From Octopus vulgaris (Eukaryota), in assembly GCA_951406725.2 (NCBI GenBank), contig OX597829.1, forward strand, positions 38,874,001 through 38,938,000: DNA of 64,000 bases, given 5' to 3'. Shown here one piece after another: positions 1 to 15,361 of the stretch (positions are counted from its first letter, which is position 1; every line of letters begins with the position of its first letter). The notes under the pieces were generated by a model. The model did not search any database. It saw only the letters and a program-made list of their open reading frames with translations, and was not told the origin of the DNA. The position numbers and the translations under genes are program-made.

Positions 1-636
1 CAACCTTCTTCCATGCTGGCATGGATTGGACAGTTTGATTGGAGCTGTCCAGGCAGAAGACTGCACCATACTTCTGTGTCTGTTTTGACAAGGTTTTTAC
101 AGCTGGATGCCTTTCCTAACACCAACAACTCTGCAGAGTGGACTGATTGCTTTTTACATGGTACCAGTACAGGTAAGGTAAGTTTTGGCATGGTTTTTAC
201 ACTTCGGTGTGGACTGGATGTTTTTTGTGCAGCACCAGCACTGGCAGGCTCACCAAGTAACTTACAAGACAAGGAATCTTTGAGAGGTGAAGGGGCATTG
301 GAGGAGGTGATCTTGTGTCAGATGATGAAAGGTTAGAGTGTGATAGAGAGACAGAGAGGCAGAAACAGGTGCTTTCTTTTTCATTATAATTATTATTATT
401 ATTATTATTTAAAAAAATTATCTTAGTTGCTCAATACTTGACAAGCAATATATGTTTCATTATTATTATTTAAAATGCTGTGACATTCATTTCTAGTATT
501 CTGTAAGAACATGTTTGGCCATACCAAGAATTAGTTAAGGGTTGGCAAAAGGAAGAGCATCGAATAATCTATGTCTGACCCATGCAAGCATGAAAAAATA
601 TGATCATTAGGTGATGATGAATGAACGATATATATG

Positions 637-809
637 TGTGTGGTAAGAAGTTTGCTTCCCATTCACATGGTTCTGGGTTCAATCTCACTACATGGCACTT
701 TGGGCAAGTATCTTCTACATAGCCTTGGGTTGACCAAAGCCTTGTGAATAGATTCAGTAGAGAGAAACTGAAAGAAGCCTAACGTATATACGTGTGTGTG
801 TTTGTGTTT

Positions 810-846
<37 letters not shown>

Positions 847-1050
847 TGTGTGTCCCACCACAGATTGACAACCAGTGTTGGTGTGTTTACATTACTGTGA
901 CTTAGTGGTTTGGCAAAAGAGACTGATAAAATAAGTATCAAGCTTAAAAAAAGACAAATACTGGAGTTGATTCATTTTACTAAAAATTCTTCAAAGCAGT
1001 GCCCCAGCATGGCCACAGTCAAATGACTGAAACAAGTAAAAGAATGAAAG
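637..1050 (+). mobile_element. tRNA-derived SINE family A
   Basis: Head tgtggtaagaag..gggttcaat, central (TG)n, tail cagtcaaatgactgaaacaagtaaaaga. Many copies in the window. Confidence 0.85.
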
Positions 1051-1279
1051 ATATATATATATATATATATATATATGAGTAGCAGCAGCAGCATTACTTT
1101 AATATCTACATTTCCATGATTACATGGGTTTGACAAGAGTCGATTGAGGCAGAGTTTTTCTATTGCTGGATGTCCTTCCTTTGCCAACCCTGATTTGTTT
1201 CACGTAAATTTAATCATTTCTCAGTCTATTTAGCAACTAACAGCCAGGACACGTTTTATGAGTGAAAGTGAAAACATCA

Positions 1280-1659
1280 ATTCTGTTGTGTCTGGGGAGA
1301 GTCATTCTCTTTTTGTGCCTTATTATGTAACACACTCACTGGCAACATTTCCACTTTTTTCTTATTTTTATTGTCCTTAAATTTTCGTTGCATCTTGCAA
1401 CCTTTTCAATAGTTTTGACTCTCTTCTTTATATGAGTTTGTGTGTTGAAGCATATTCTATTGTGTCTGGGAAGAGTCATTTTCTTTTTGTGCCTTATTAT
1501 GTAACACACTCACTGGCAACATTTCCACTTTTTTCTTATTTTTATTGTCCTAAAATTTTCGTTGCGTCTTGCAACCTTTACAATAGTTTATACCCGTGAG
1601 TGTGTTACATAATAAGGCACAAAAAGAAAATGACTCTCCCGAGACACAATAGAATATGC
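1280..1659. repeat. Tandem plus inverted repeat of a pLTR-like terminus
   Basis: Direct copies at 1280-1415 and 1454-1589; inverted partial copy at 1596-1659. Confidence 0.85.
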
Positions 1660-2334
1660 AAAACCAATAATTCATTATTACAAATTAGCCACAAATTTTA
1701 CAAAAGACAGCTGATGGTAACTTAGAATTTGAACTTGGAATATCAAATTAAGTCATTAGACAAAGAATGCTTTAAGGTATTTTAAATGTTTTTGTTTTTT
1801 TTCTTAATGTACTAAAGTTAAAATCCTATAAAAGAATTCTTTCTTTTTCATTTCATACCTTTGCTACTGCTGGCTACTTCAACATCTCAGGGTCAAGAAA
1901 ATAAGTACACACACACACATACACATATGTATGCGAAGGGCCACTTTCAGTTTCTGTCGACCAAATTCACTCACAAGGCTTTGGTCAGCCTGCAGCTATA
2001 GTATAAGACACTTGCCCAAGGTTCCACATAGTGAGACTGAACCCAGAAGCATGTGGTTGGGAAGCAAGCTTCTTAGCACATAGCCATGCCTGCACCTGAA
2101 TACCTAAATATATGTAGATGTGTGCCTGTGCATACTGGTGTAAATCAGGGCATCACTTTATGCCAAAAATGCAAAAAATGTAAAACATACTAAGGATAAT
2201 CAAATATACTACATCACTTTTATCTTTCAAAATTACCAAAATATAAACCAAATATTTGATCCAATTGCACCTAGATAGTACATTGGGCAAGTATCTTCTA
2301 CTGTAATTCTTAGTTCACTTATAATTAAAATTTC

Positions 2335-2650
2335 ACCAAACTGAGGTACAAAGACACTCTGAAAAGTAACCTCAAAAGGAGTGGCTTTAGCCCACATGAA
2401 CTCAGAGCCCCTGTCATACAGAGATCAGTGTAGAGGTTTCTCACCTCATGAGAAGCAGCTGCCTTTGAAGAAGACTGGTGACAACATCTTGATACTGCAA
2501 GAGAAAGATGTCACTGGGCAACAGACCATCACTGTGACATCTGTGGGTGCCTGTGTATCTCTAGCTTTGGACTATGGAGTCATGTGCTCTCATCACCGAG
2601 AACACAGACTTTGTTGTCATCAGACATCAATGGACTACCTACCATTATGT
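2335..2650 (+). mobile_element. 3' end of an RTE-type LINE
   Basis: KLRYKDTLKSNLK...AAAFEE...CDICG.LC.SSFGL.SH C-terminal signature. Confidence 0.65.
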
Positions 2651-3231
2651 ATTTACACATACACACACCAATTTACAAGACACTTCTCAGGACAGAGGAT
2701 GTTCCGACTTCAAAGATATAACCCAATTTTCACTTGACAATTTTGAGATAATACTAAACACAAAAAAAACGAGGTTTCATTTCTTTCATATACTTTACCA
2801 AGACATTTTGTTAGTGGCTCAATGAAACATATTGATCCTATAGATCACTTATAGTGTTACAGCATTTACTTTTACAATATGGAGACATGGTAAATTTTGC
2901 ATAGATAATCCTCCTACGGGTGAATGATGGCTTATGGATAAACTTTTTCCTCTATGGCACAGTAAATTATATCGGTTTATTTTAGGAGGTCCCTTCTACC
3001 CAGCTGCCCCACCCCAATACAGTTTTCTTAATGCTTGAAAATATAATGCAGCTCTTGCTGGTCCAAATCAGGTATACAACCTATGCGGGTGTCTTTTCAT
3101 AACATTGTCTGGTTTAAAAAAGCCACCTGAGATGCCATGATGGATCTAAGATGTAGGTATAAGAGGTGGTCAAACTCTGCATAAAAAGTAGACAACCACC
3201 ATACATATATATATATGTTTTTCTGATGGCC

Positions 3232-3294
3232 AGATAACTGAAGAGATGGTGGTGTGGATTTCCACCTCAGCATCCAAAACTCAGAGTTTTATCT
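3232..3294 (+). ncRNA. Degenerate hammerhead motif (PLE tail remnant)
   Basis: AGAUAA-CUGAAGA-GAUG...CAUC-C-AAAA-CUC(A)GAG-UU|UUAUCU. GAAA is mutated; the tail runs into TA repeat at about 3398. Confidence 0.5.
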
Positions 3295-3429
3295 TGGCTA
3301 CCGAATAATTGTCACATATTATATTTACAAATAAATTCCTCTATTTACATAATATTGAGGTCTCTTTCTTTCTTTTGTTATCTTACCGTTTTTACCATAT
3401 ATATATATATATATATATATTATACCTAT

Positions 3430-3735
3430 GGAGGCACATGACCTAGTGGTTAAAGCAGCGCGGTCGAGGGATTGCGAGTTCAAATCTCAGACTGGGCGAT
3501 GTGAGTGTTTATGAGCGAAACACTTAAGATCCACACGGCTCCGGCAGAAGGTAATGGTGAACTTCTGCTGACTCTTTCGCCAGAACTTTCTCTCACTCTT
3601 TCCTCCTGAATCTTGCAGCTCACCTGCGATGGACCGGCATCCCATCCAGGTGGGGAACCTATATGCCAAGGAAACTGGGAAACCAGCCCTTATGAGCCAG
3701 GCATGGCTCGAGAAGGAACAAACAAAAACAAAACA
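3430..3735 (+). mobile_element. tRNA-derived SINE family D with a V/Meta-like central domain
   Basis: Head GGAGGCACATGACCTAGTGGTT..GAGTTCAAAT; cctgcgatggaccggcatcccatccagg; (AAC) tail. The head also occurs at 53516-53578. Confidence 0.7.
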
Positions 3736-4099
3736 ACAATATAATACCTATGCATTCATCTTCTCCATCCACTATTCCTGGGAGTATTGTGGTAATAGAG
3801 TTCTCCATAGTATCTTATCAAAAGCAACCATCATTACAATTTCCTGCTGGATTTCCAAATATGACCAACTGAAACTATGGATTGAATATTATGCAATTAT
3901 CTTATCTCATTCTTAGTCTACTCCTAAGTCTCCAGCCCATTGGTTTGGCTTCAAAATTCCAGCTTGTAATTTTTCCCTGTGACATTTCAATCACATGTCT
4001 ATAGTGTGAAATCTGAGAAGCAGGGGTTTGACCTGGAGTAACTCTCAATGCAGAGAAGTAGGAGTTTGACCTGGAGTAACTCCTTGTAATGTACATTCA

Positions 4100-4975
4100 C
4101 TTTTATTCTTTTATTCTTTTACTTGTTTCAGTCATTTGACTGCAGCCATGCTGGAGCACCGCCTTAAAGGGTTTTAGTTGAAGAAATTGACCTCATGACT
4201 TATTCTTTGTAAGCCTAGAACTTATTCTGTCTCTTTTGCTGAACTACTAAGTTACAAGAATGTAAACAAACCAACATCGGTTGTCAAGTGATAATGGGGG
4301 GGAGGGGACAAAGACACAACGATGCACACACACATATATGTATGCGAAGGGCTTCTCTCAGTTTCTGTTGACCAAATTCACCCACAAGGCTTTGGTCTGC
4401 CTGCAGCTATAGTATAAGACACTTGCCCAAGGTGCCACATAGTGAGACTGAACCCAGAAGCATGTGGTTGGGAAGCAAGCTTCTTACCACACAGCCATGC
4501 CAGCACCTGAATACCTAAATACATGCACATGTGTGCCTGTGCATTCTGGTGTAAATCAGTGCATCACTTTATGCCATATACTCTTTACTCTTTACTCTTT
4601 TACTTGTTTCAGTCATTTGACTGCGGCCATGCTGGAGCACCGCCTTTAATCGGGACTTATTCTTTTGTAAGCCCAGTACTTATTCTTTCGGTATCTTTTA
4701 CCGAACCGCTAAGTAACGGGGACATAAACACACCAGCATCGGTTGTCAAGCAATGCTAGGGGATAAATACAGACACACAAACACACACACGCATATATAT
4801 ATACATATATACGATGGGCTTCTTTCAGTTTCCGCCTACCAAATCCACTCACAAGGCTTTGGTCGGCCCAAGGCTATAGTAGAAGACACTTGCCCAAGGT
4901 GCTACGCAGTGGGACTGAACCCGGAGCCATGTGGTTGGTAGACAAGCTACTTACCACACAGCCACTCCTGCGCCT
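4100..4975 (-). mobile_element. Two tandem SINE family A copies (4100-4508, 4582-4975)
   Basis: Same consensus as 637-1050. 4325-4580 also closely matches 1910-2165, including the 5' flank. Confidence 0.85.
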
Positions 4976-6475
4976 ATATGTGCAAAAAATGTAAAAACTT
5001 TGCAATCCGATAAACTGAGATTGATAAACATCAGAGTGAAATAAGTAATGTTATGAATATGATGAACTAAACACCGTTGAAGGCAGTGCCCCAATATGGC
5101 CACAGTTGAATGATTGATACCAGTAAATGAACAGTAAAAGAATAACTCTAAAGAAGGGAATGGGAAATCAGCTTTATTCTTAAATATACTTTTAGACACA
5201 AGGAAATGGTTTCATAACATTTAATGTATGACTTGCTTCAGTCTTTAGTCATTCATCATTAATCTTTCATTATCTACTGAGGCATTTTAATTCGGGTTTT
5301 TGTGTTTGAATAGAACTTGCAAAAGAATCACACACAGGAAATTATTATATGAGAGAAAGACAGACGGAAAGAAGGAATTATATATTTATAAATATGGAGA
5401 GAAAGAGAGAGAGAGAGAGAGAATGAGACATAGAGAGAGGGAGAGAGAGGAGAGAGGGAGAGAAAAAGAGACAGAAACAAGAGAGAGAGAGAGCAGAAAT
5501 ATGAAAATTAGGGTTAGGGTTAGTCTATGTTTAATGTCTATGTGTGTGTGTTTGTGTGTATCTATGTGTGGGTGAGTGTGTGTGTATGTGTGTGTGTGTG
5601 TGTGTGTGCAAATGGTGTTTGTGTAAAGACTAAATGCATTGTGTGTTGCAAGTGTTGAATGCGTGCGATGAAGGCAACTGATTAAAAATAAAGAGCGTGA
5701 GTGAATTAACAAAAGACATTCGTGAAATAGAAAAAAAAAACAAGAGTCAAAATGAAAAAAAAAGTATACACTAGCATGTGTGCATGTCTGTGCATACGTA
5801 TCCTTATGTGCACACCCCAGTACATGTATGCAAACACACACCACAGTACATATATATTGATAGGTATATACTCAAATATATCATCATCATCGTCGTCGTT
5901 TAACGTCCGCTTTCCATGGGTTGAACGATTTTGAATGAGGGCTGGCGAACCAGGTGGCTGCACCAGGCTCCAATCTTGATCTGGCAGAGTTTCTACAGCT
6001 GGATGCCATTTCTAACGCCAATCACTCCAAGAGTGTAGTGGGTGCTTTTACGTGCCACTGGCACGGGGGCCAGTCAGGTGGCACTGGCAACGACCATGCT
6101 CGAATTTTTACACATGGGCCAGTCAGGCGGTACTGGCAATGACCTCGCTCAAATTTTTTGGGCCAGACAGGCGGTACTGGCAACAACCTCGCTCGAATTT
6201 TATACACATGCCAACGGCACAGGTGCCATTAAGGCGACGCTGGTAACGATCACGCTCGAATGGTGCCTCCTACATGCCATGCACTCATACACCCTTATAT
6301 ACAATATCATGTATATACACATGTATATATAATATATTTATACACATGTGTATATACATATATAATATACATATATATATGTGTGTGTGTATAAAACATG
6401 TTATATATACATAAAGGGACAACAGAAGAATGAGACCTTGATATTAGAGAAATAGAGGATTATTTATTTATATAT

Positions 6476-6669
6476 GTTATAATCTAGAACAAACAGTAAA
6501 AGGCTGTCATTATAGTACTCAGAGTTTCAAATGTCAGAGCAAAGAGCTACAATGCATTCTTGTCAGTTATTGCCATTAATAGCTGACGAGAATGCATTGT
6601 AGCTCTTGGTTCCAACATTTGAAACTCTGAGTACTATAACAACTTACTGTTTGTTCTAAATTATAACAT
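6476..6669. repeat. Foldback (head-to-head inverted PLE-tail copies)
   Basis: Arms at about 6476-6569 and 6578-6669 are near-complementary and lie between TA tracts. Confidence 0.85.
6579..6637 (+). ncRNA. Minimal type-I hammerhead ribozyme
   Basis: AUAG-CUGACGA-GAAUG...CAUUU-GAAA-CUC(U)GAG-UA|CUAU. Canonical core, stems I and II, GUA triplet. Confidence 0.75.
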
Positions 6670-7790
<1,121 letters not shown>

Positions 7791-8690
7791 CACATAATAT
7801 ACATATGTGTACATACATACTTACATATAAACATGTTATCATTATCATCATCATCATCATCATTTACCTTCCATTTTCCACACTGGCGTGGGTTGGATAG
7901 TTTGGCAAAGTCCAATGGGTTCAAAGACTGCATTGTGCTCTGGTGTCTGCCTTAACATGCTTTACATGGCTGGATGCCCTTCCTAATACTATCCAATTTA
8001 CAGAGTGTACTGAATGAATTTGGTTTTATGCCACCAACGCCTGTGAGGTCACTATGCTTGTATGGCTCAGAACAGCTTTATGCTAAGAGATAAGGAGTAA
8101 AGAAGGGTAAGATATGAGAGAAAAGGGACCAGAGCAGGACAGGTTTCTTGCTGTAGAGTTACTATTTGGCTACTCATATTTTAGAAGAGAGCCTGAAAAT
8201 AATTGGTGATAAAAATAGTAAAGACGAGGTGTCAGGGTGAACTTTTAAAGTTCAAAGATGAGTAACAGTGAGAGGAGTAGAGAAACAAAGAGTGAATGGG
8301 GTAAGTGTAGATGTCTGATAGTGCGAAGCAGCAGAATAGTGATGATAATATGGTAGATAGGAGATGGATGAAAGAAAGATGAAACATGATATTGTGGTTA
8401 ATTATAGAAGTTGATGCGGGAGGAGAGGGGCAGACAGAGATACATGTAAGGTAAGATGTATGGGGGGGGAGGGCACAAGAGATCATTTGCTGACTCAGTG
8501 AGGGAGGGTGGGTGATCAATGAAAGTGTGATAGAATAGAACAGAAGTAAAGGATGAAGAATGGACAACAAGTGAAATGGTTCTGGGTATTAAAACGAGGT
8601 ATCAAGGAAGAATTGCAGTTAGGGAGGTGATTGGTAGTCACGGTGGTGAGTGTCTTAAGGAAGAAGGAAATTGAACAAAGTGTCCAGTTG

Positions 8691-8729
<39 letters not shown>

Positions 8730-8917
8730 ATATTATATATACACAGTGTTACTAGAAGTTAGTTTCATTCATATGAGTGTGTCTTAAGAACTACATATCA
8801 CCATTCATCCTGGTCCCTTATCATCTTCATGTCTAGAGATTAAGCTTCAGCACTGCATCCCTTGTCTTCCTAAGTCTCTTTAAATCACAAGCTCCATCAA
8901 AATGCTTAGTGATCAGC

Positions 8918-8964
<47 letters not shown>

Positions 8965-9022
8965 GTATTAACACACACACAAATACATATCTATGTATAT
9001 ACATATTTGTGTATGTGTGTGT

Positions 9023-9079
<57 letters not shown>

Positions 9080-9499
9080 TACATGCATACATAAACATAT
9101 ATATATATTTGTAATGAAAGTGTCATAACAGCAAGGTTGTGTGTATGTATACAGAAATCAGATACATGTTTAACAAATACGTATTTAGTCCAGCTTTGGA
9201 AATATGACCTGTGAGTAAACTACAGGAGATTCAATAGTTGGGAGTGAATATCATCAAACTAGTTTCATTGTGTTTTAAGATACATTACATACATAATATA
9301 CATAAGAAAATATCTCAGTTTAGGAAACGGTATTTTAATTCATAATAATACTTTGTTAATACTTCTTGAGTCCAACAAAGATGATTCTGCAGTTTTTGAA
9401 CAACCTGCTCAAATAATTTGTTTATAGTGATCAAAAGTTTTGTGTTGTGCATTAAGCTCACTGCCTATATTAACCCTTTAGTATTCAGTCTACTGTCAC

Positions 9500-9822
9500 G
9501 GAACAGGATTCAGTAGTTAGAGTCATGACAGTGCGTTCGAATCCCGCACCGGGTTGTGTGTTGTGTTCTTGAGCAAGACAATTTATTTCACATTGCTTCC
9601 ATTTCACTCAGCTGTAGAAATGAGTAGCGACATCACTGGTGCCAAGCTGTATTGGCCTTTGCCTTTCCCTTGGATAACATCGGTGACGTGGAGAGGGGAG
9701 GCTTGTATGCATGGGCGACTGCTGGCCTTCCATAAACAACCTTGCCTGGACTTGTGCCTCAGAGGGTAACTTTCTAGGTGCAATCCCATAGTCATTGATG
9801 ACCAAAAGGTGTCTTTACCCTT
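9500..9822 (+). mobile_element. SINE family E (CORE-like ttgagcaagaca motif)
   Basis: Copies also at about 18590-18915 and 56190-56475. This copy sits inside a TTAA-CCCTTTAG-started MITE-like repeat (9474 to about 9998). Confidence 0.7.
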
Positions 9823-12800
9823 TTTTATTGTCAAATGTAACACTTATTCATTCACGCTGTTTTTAAATTAGTCAGGCATTATCTTGTAGCTCTGAGATTC
9901 TGATTACGTGACTATATTTTTGAATGACATTGTAGGGTCGGTGTGAGAAGCTATATACAATAATATTTGAGCCAGACTTGGCCAGTTTAAATGTGCTACA
10001 TGTCAGTTGTTGAAGTGATTGCAGAGCAATGTTAAATGAAGTGTTTTGCTCAAGAATACAAAGCACCATCCAGATCAGGAATTGAAACTATGATCTCGTG
10101 ATTGTGAGTGGAACGCACTAACCACTAAGTCATGTACCTTCACATTATGTCAGATACCTTTGCTGATACATTTGTAACTAAATCTTTAGTCAACAACCAT
10201 TCTTAATTACATTAAGCCAGTAATAACTTAAGTTTTTATAAGAAATATAGTTAATTCCTAAAGCTGAGCAGTGAAGTTGGTGACGCTTGGTGAGTCTTAA
10301 ATAAGACGAAAATAGATCATCTTTACTCTGAGTATGAATGAGAGAATATTTAGTATATTGTGTAACATTTCCCTACACACATAAATATTATGTTATACAT
10401 ATCCATATTATGTACATGCTATGTTACACACACACACAATATTATATGCTTTAGTGGTTCAAGCCAAAAGGTGTGATCATGCTGGGACTATCTGATCAAT
10501 GATGAGGCACACACATATATGGTCTCTCCAAACACCTCCTACCAACTTTATATAAAGGAAAAGATACCGAATGTAGAGAGTGTCTAAAAAATAAGGTTGA
10601 TCAATCATGGTTTTCGACACTGGTTTTGTTTGATCAATGCTGACCATATATGATAATGATACTCTTGTAGTGCTTCTCTTAGAGATGGGGGCTGTGAAGA
10701 TCATACCTACACTGGCAAGTTTAGAAAACTTGCCAGTGAAAGTGTGACCTGGTAGCACACTGGACAAAAGTGCTTGGTACATTTTTTTCTGGTTCTTTAC
10801 AATCTGAGTTCAAATCCTGCTGAGACCAGCTTTGCTGTCCCTCTTCATTTCATGGTTAATAATATAATGTATCAGTCAAGGACTTGGGTTAAAAATTGAA
10901 AGATAGACAGAAAGCTGGCAGAATCATTAGCACATCAGATAAAATGCTTAGCTGCATTTTCCCCAGTTCCTTATGTTCTGAGTTCAAATCCTGCAGGGGC
11001 CAACTTTGTTTTTCATTCCTTTGGGGTCAGTAAAGTACTTGTCAAGTACTGGTGCAGATGTAATTGACTTTCCCCACAGCCTCAAAATTGTTCACTTTGA
11101 ACCCTCCAATGAACTGGCATCCTGTTCAGAGAGAATGTTGTGAATTTGGTCAGACAAAAGCCAAGGAAAGTCGGTAACTGGCCTTGTAAGATTTTAGGCT
11201 AAAAAAAAAAAAAAAAAAAACTGTCATGAAGTAAAAAGAATATAGATAAAAAAATGTAACTGGTTTTTTTCTCATTAATAAAGAGGGGGAGGTGGGATTC
11301 AAAAATACTTTTATAGTTTTTTTATTATCTTTTAATTGTTTTAGCCTTTGATCTACAGCCATGCTGGGACACCCTCTTGAAAGGTTTATGTGCATATGTG
11401 TGTGTGTGTATACATACATATATATATATACATACACGTATGTATATATACACAAGCATATTACAAAAATTAGTATGCATAGAGCACACTTTCAATGAAT
11501 TATTATTATTATTAATATTAAAGTGGTAGAATCATCAGAGCATTGAAAAGTATATCTTGCAGTATTTCTTTTATCTGTACATTCCGAGTTCAAATCCTAT
11601 TAAAGGCAACTTTCTCTTTCATCACTCCAAAGTCTATTAAATAGTGTAGTGGGATTGATATTAGTTGATCCCTCTACTCAAAACTGCTGATCTTGTGACT
11701 CAATAAGCAACTATTACTATTATTATTATTATGCTTGCAGAACAACAAAAGCATACTGCCTGCACTCCTGCAGTGTCCAAGAATTTCTGAGTTGCAGCAT
11801 TATACCAAACAGCTGTAGTAATATGTAGGACAAATTTGATTATTGGCCAAAACCAACAAGAAGGTCACCCTACTACCAATATTTCACAAAGCAAGCTGGT
11901 GGTATTCCTCTAAATAGTGGCTATGACAAAACTGGTTGTATGGTGGACGAAGCTAAAAGGACAGAGGAAAGACACCTTCCTCTTCAGTCAAGCCCTCATT
12001 GACATTTTCTTTAAGATCAACATGGAAAGTTAAGTGAGGATGAAGATGGAAGTGTTTTCTCTCTCCCAGTGTATTTGTGAAAGGGTGGGTTAACTATGGC
12101 AAAAATAGATAAGGTGAATGAATCTATTCTAAGCATCTGCCTGTAGATTGGAGAACAACAGGTGGGCAATCCTGGATCTGTAAGGTTCTTTGATTGGCCC
12201 CAGCTGGTATCCAGATGACTGTATCATTTGTGTTCATATAGATTGTACAGAAATTTCTCGTTTCACCCTCTTTTCTCCTTTTCCGTCACTTTTTATGCAA
12301 ACACCCCCAAGTTATACACTGTCCTTGTAATGTACACATCATTATGTCGCAGTGGTAAATTAAAAAAAAAAATCACTATCATCATTGTTATTGTTTACAA
12401 CAATTATATATGAGTTTCTTCTGCATAAACCATATTCTGGAGACGTGTGCAGCTTTTGAGAGTGTATAAATGCAATTGCATGCCACATTATATTTTCTGT
12501 GTTGTAAGAGTTTTGTTATTGTTGTTAGTATTGGTGCTACTTTAGCAATCCATCTGATTGTTTTGTAGAATACGTACAATGTGAGTGTTATATTATTTTG
12601 TAAGGTGTTGATTGTGTTATGTGATTGGTGTTATATTATTGGATGGTGATTGCATTGAAAATGTGCCGTGTTGGTTGTAGAGAATATGTGCTGTCTGTGT
12701 GTGTGTTTTTTGTGGAGATTCTTTCTATTTAAAAATTTTTTTTAACTTAGTTTACTTTTCCCTATACAATGTAACTAGCTAGTCAAAATTAAGGCTGACA

Positions 12801-14373
12801 AAACAACCGTTTTACAAGAGAACTGATGAAAGCTAAATTAACATCAAGAAGAAAAAAAAAAAATTTCTTTGACAACTAACTTGAATTCAAATAAATAAAA
12901 TCGTGTGTGTGTGTGTGTGAGAGAGAGAGAGATAGCAAAGATAAGGAAGGAAGATGTGGAAAGAAGAAAAAGACAAAAAGAGAGAGGAGAGCAGAGAGAT
13001 AAAGATAAAGAGAGAAGATAGCAGAGAAATAGAAAAAGACAAAGAAAGAGAGAAAAAGAAAAAGACAAAGAGAGAGAAAAAGAAAGAACAAATATTTTAC
13101 AATACATTCAACTGTTTTGTCTTTTAAATTAAAGATAATAAGATTTGAAAAATGAAAAATATATGCAAACAAAATAATTTAAATTTAAATTAGAGGGCAC
13201 AAGCTTAATTAAAATACTTCAGAAATTGGGAAAAGAATGAAGGAAAAAATGAATAAATCTTGAAGACTAAGATGTAAAATAAAAGTTAAAAATAAAATTA
13301 ACACATATGTGTTTATTTAAATGTTTATTATATAGTATATAATTTTATTTTCAAGTACTGTCACTATTCTGCAGAACAGCTTCAATTTTTTTTTTTTTTT
13401 TAAGTGTAAGACAGAGGTGGGTTGTTGTTGGGTGCAGGTGGGGTGGCAGCGGGAAGCAAGGAACTGGCAAAAAAAAAAAAATGTGTACCTATGGTACAAA
13501 AACATTGAAATCGTCGTCGTCGTCATCATCACCACTACCATCATCATCATCATCAGCATCATTATTAACAATATCTTCCAATAAGAAATATACTTAAAAG
13601 TCAGTTGATAGAAACAATGCAATTATAATAAATCATAACTAATTTTTTAGTGCATTTTTAACTGATGTTTTTTTTTTTTCTTTATGAACAAATTTTTAAA
13701 AGTACATTTTTACATATAAAGAAAAACGAAAACAGGAAGAAACAGGACATGATATTAAGAAAGAAAAAACAAAAAAAAAATGTGTGTGTGTGTGATAGGG
13801 TGGGATAGTTTCAAATAAATTAATCTAACATTAATTATAACTGTTGAAGTTGTATTACATCAACAGGTGCCAACAACACACCGAGACTATAAACCAAACA
13901 AACATGTTGCGCATTCACATATTAATGAAGTCAAATAATTTTGAACAACAAATCAACATATTACAATTTGTGGAAGCAACAATAATGGCAAGGATAGCCA
14001 GGAATGCATGCTGCTGCTGATGATGATGATGTTGAATATTATTATTATTATTATTATTATACCTCTCAAAGTACTCAGTCTTACTTGCTCTGGTTGATTC
14101 TGAGAGAGCAGAGGTCAGAGGTCTCACAGTCTCTTTCTACAAATTATAAACTTTTATTCAGAATTATTATCATTATTATTATTACTGAAATTTTGTGGGA
14201 GGGGCTAGTGGATTACATCAGCCCTGGTCCTTAATTATTACTTATTTTATCAAGCCCAAAAGGATGAGAGGCAAAGTTGACTTTGGCAGAATTTGAACTC
14301 AGAATGTAAAAGCAGTAAGAAATGCTGCTAAGCATTTTGTCCGGTGTGCTAATGATTCTGTCAGTTCACTGCC

Positions 14374-14420
<47 letters not shown>

Positions 14421-15308
14421 CCTTTCTACTAAAGGCACATGGCCTGAAATTTTAGGGGAGTAAGCAAGTCAATTACACTGACCCCAGTACTCAACTAATA
14501 CTTAATTTATTAACCCTGAAAGGATGAAAGGCAAAGCTGACCTGGGCAGAATTTGAACTCAGATCATAAAGATTGATGAAATGTCACTAAGCATTTCACC
14601 CAGCATGCTGACGATTCTGTCAGCTTACTGCCTTCAATAATAACAACAACAAAAACTTTTACTGTGACAGCAGCAATGCAATTAGCATAAATATAATTAA
14701 CGATAGCATTAGTAGCTATAATGATGAAGCTAGTGATGGTAGCAACAAAGCAAAAATAGCACTATAAACAATAACATCAACAAAAAGAAACATCATTCAT
14801 TAACCACCATCACACCCTTGCCTCCACTACCACCACTATGTTTATCTGTAAATTTTAATGAAACTCAACATTTATACAAATATGAAGAAAAAAAAGGGGA
14901 TAAAGAACCCAAACATGATGTAGGGGCATTATCAAAAACAGGGTTTTTGTCACATCTAATTGATCAATAAATATATTTGGTTGCGCAACTTATGTCTTAC
15001 AAAACTAACGTATGCATTCATACAATCATGTGGATGTGTGTATGTGTAAGTTTATACACTGTATATACATTATATATTCATGTATGTATGTACACATATG
15101 CATATGTGCGTAGAACTCAAAACATATATTATTAATCAACAGTAGTTACAGAATGACTCCAAGGTTGAGAGCTTTTTGCATTGGCATTTATGAAACTGAT
15201 AAATGCCCATGCATGAAACTCTTGGCCCTTGAGTTGCTTTGGAGCTTCTACTGATTAAAATAAAAATTATATATTTTTATCTACATAAAATGTGCTTATA
15301 TATAATAT

Positions 15309-15361
<53 letters not shown>

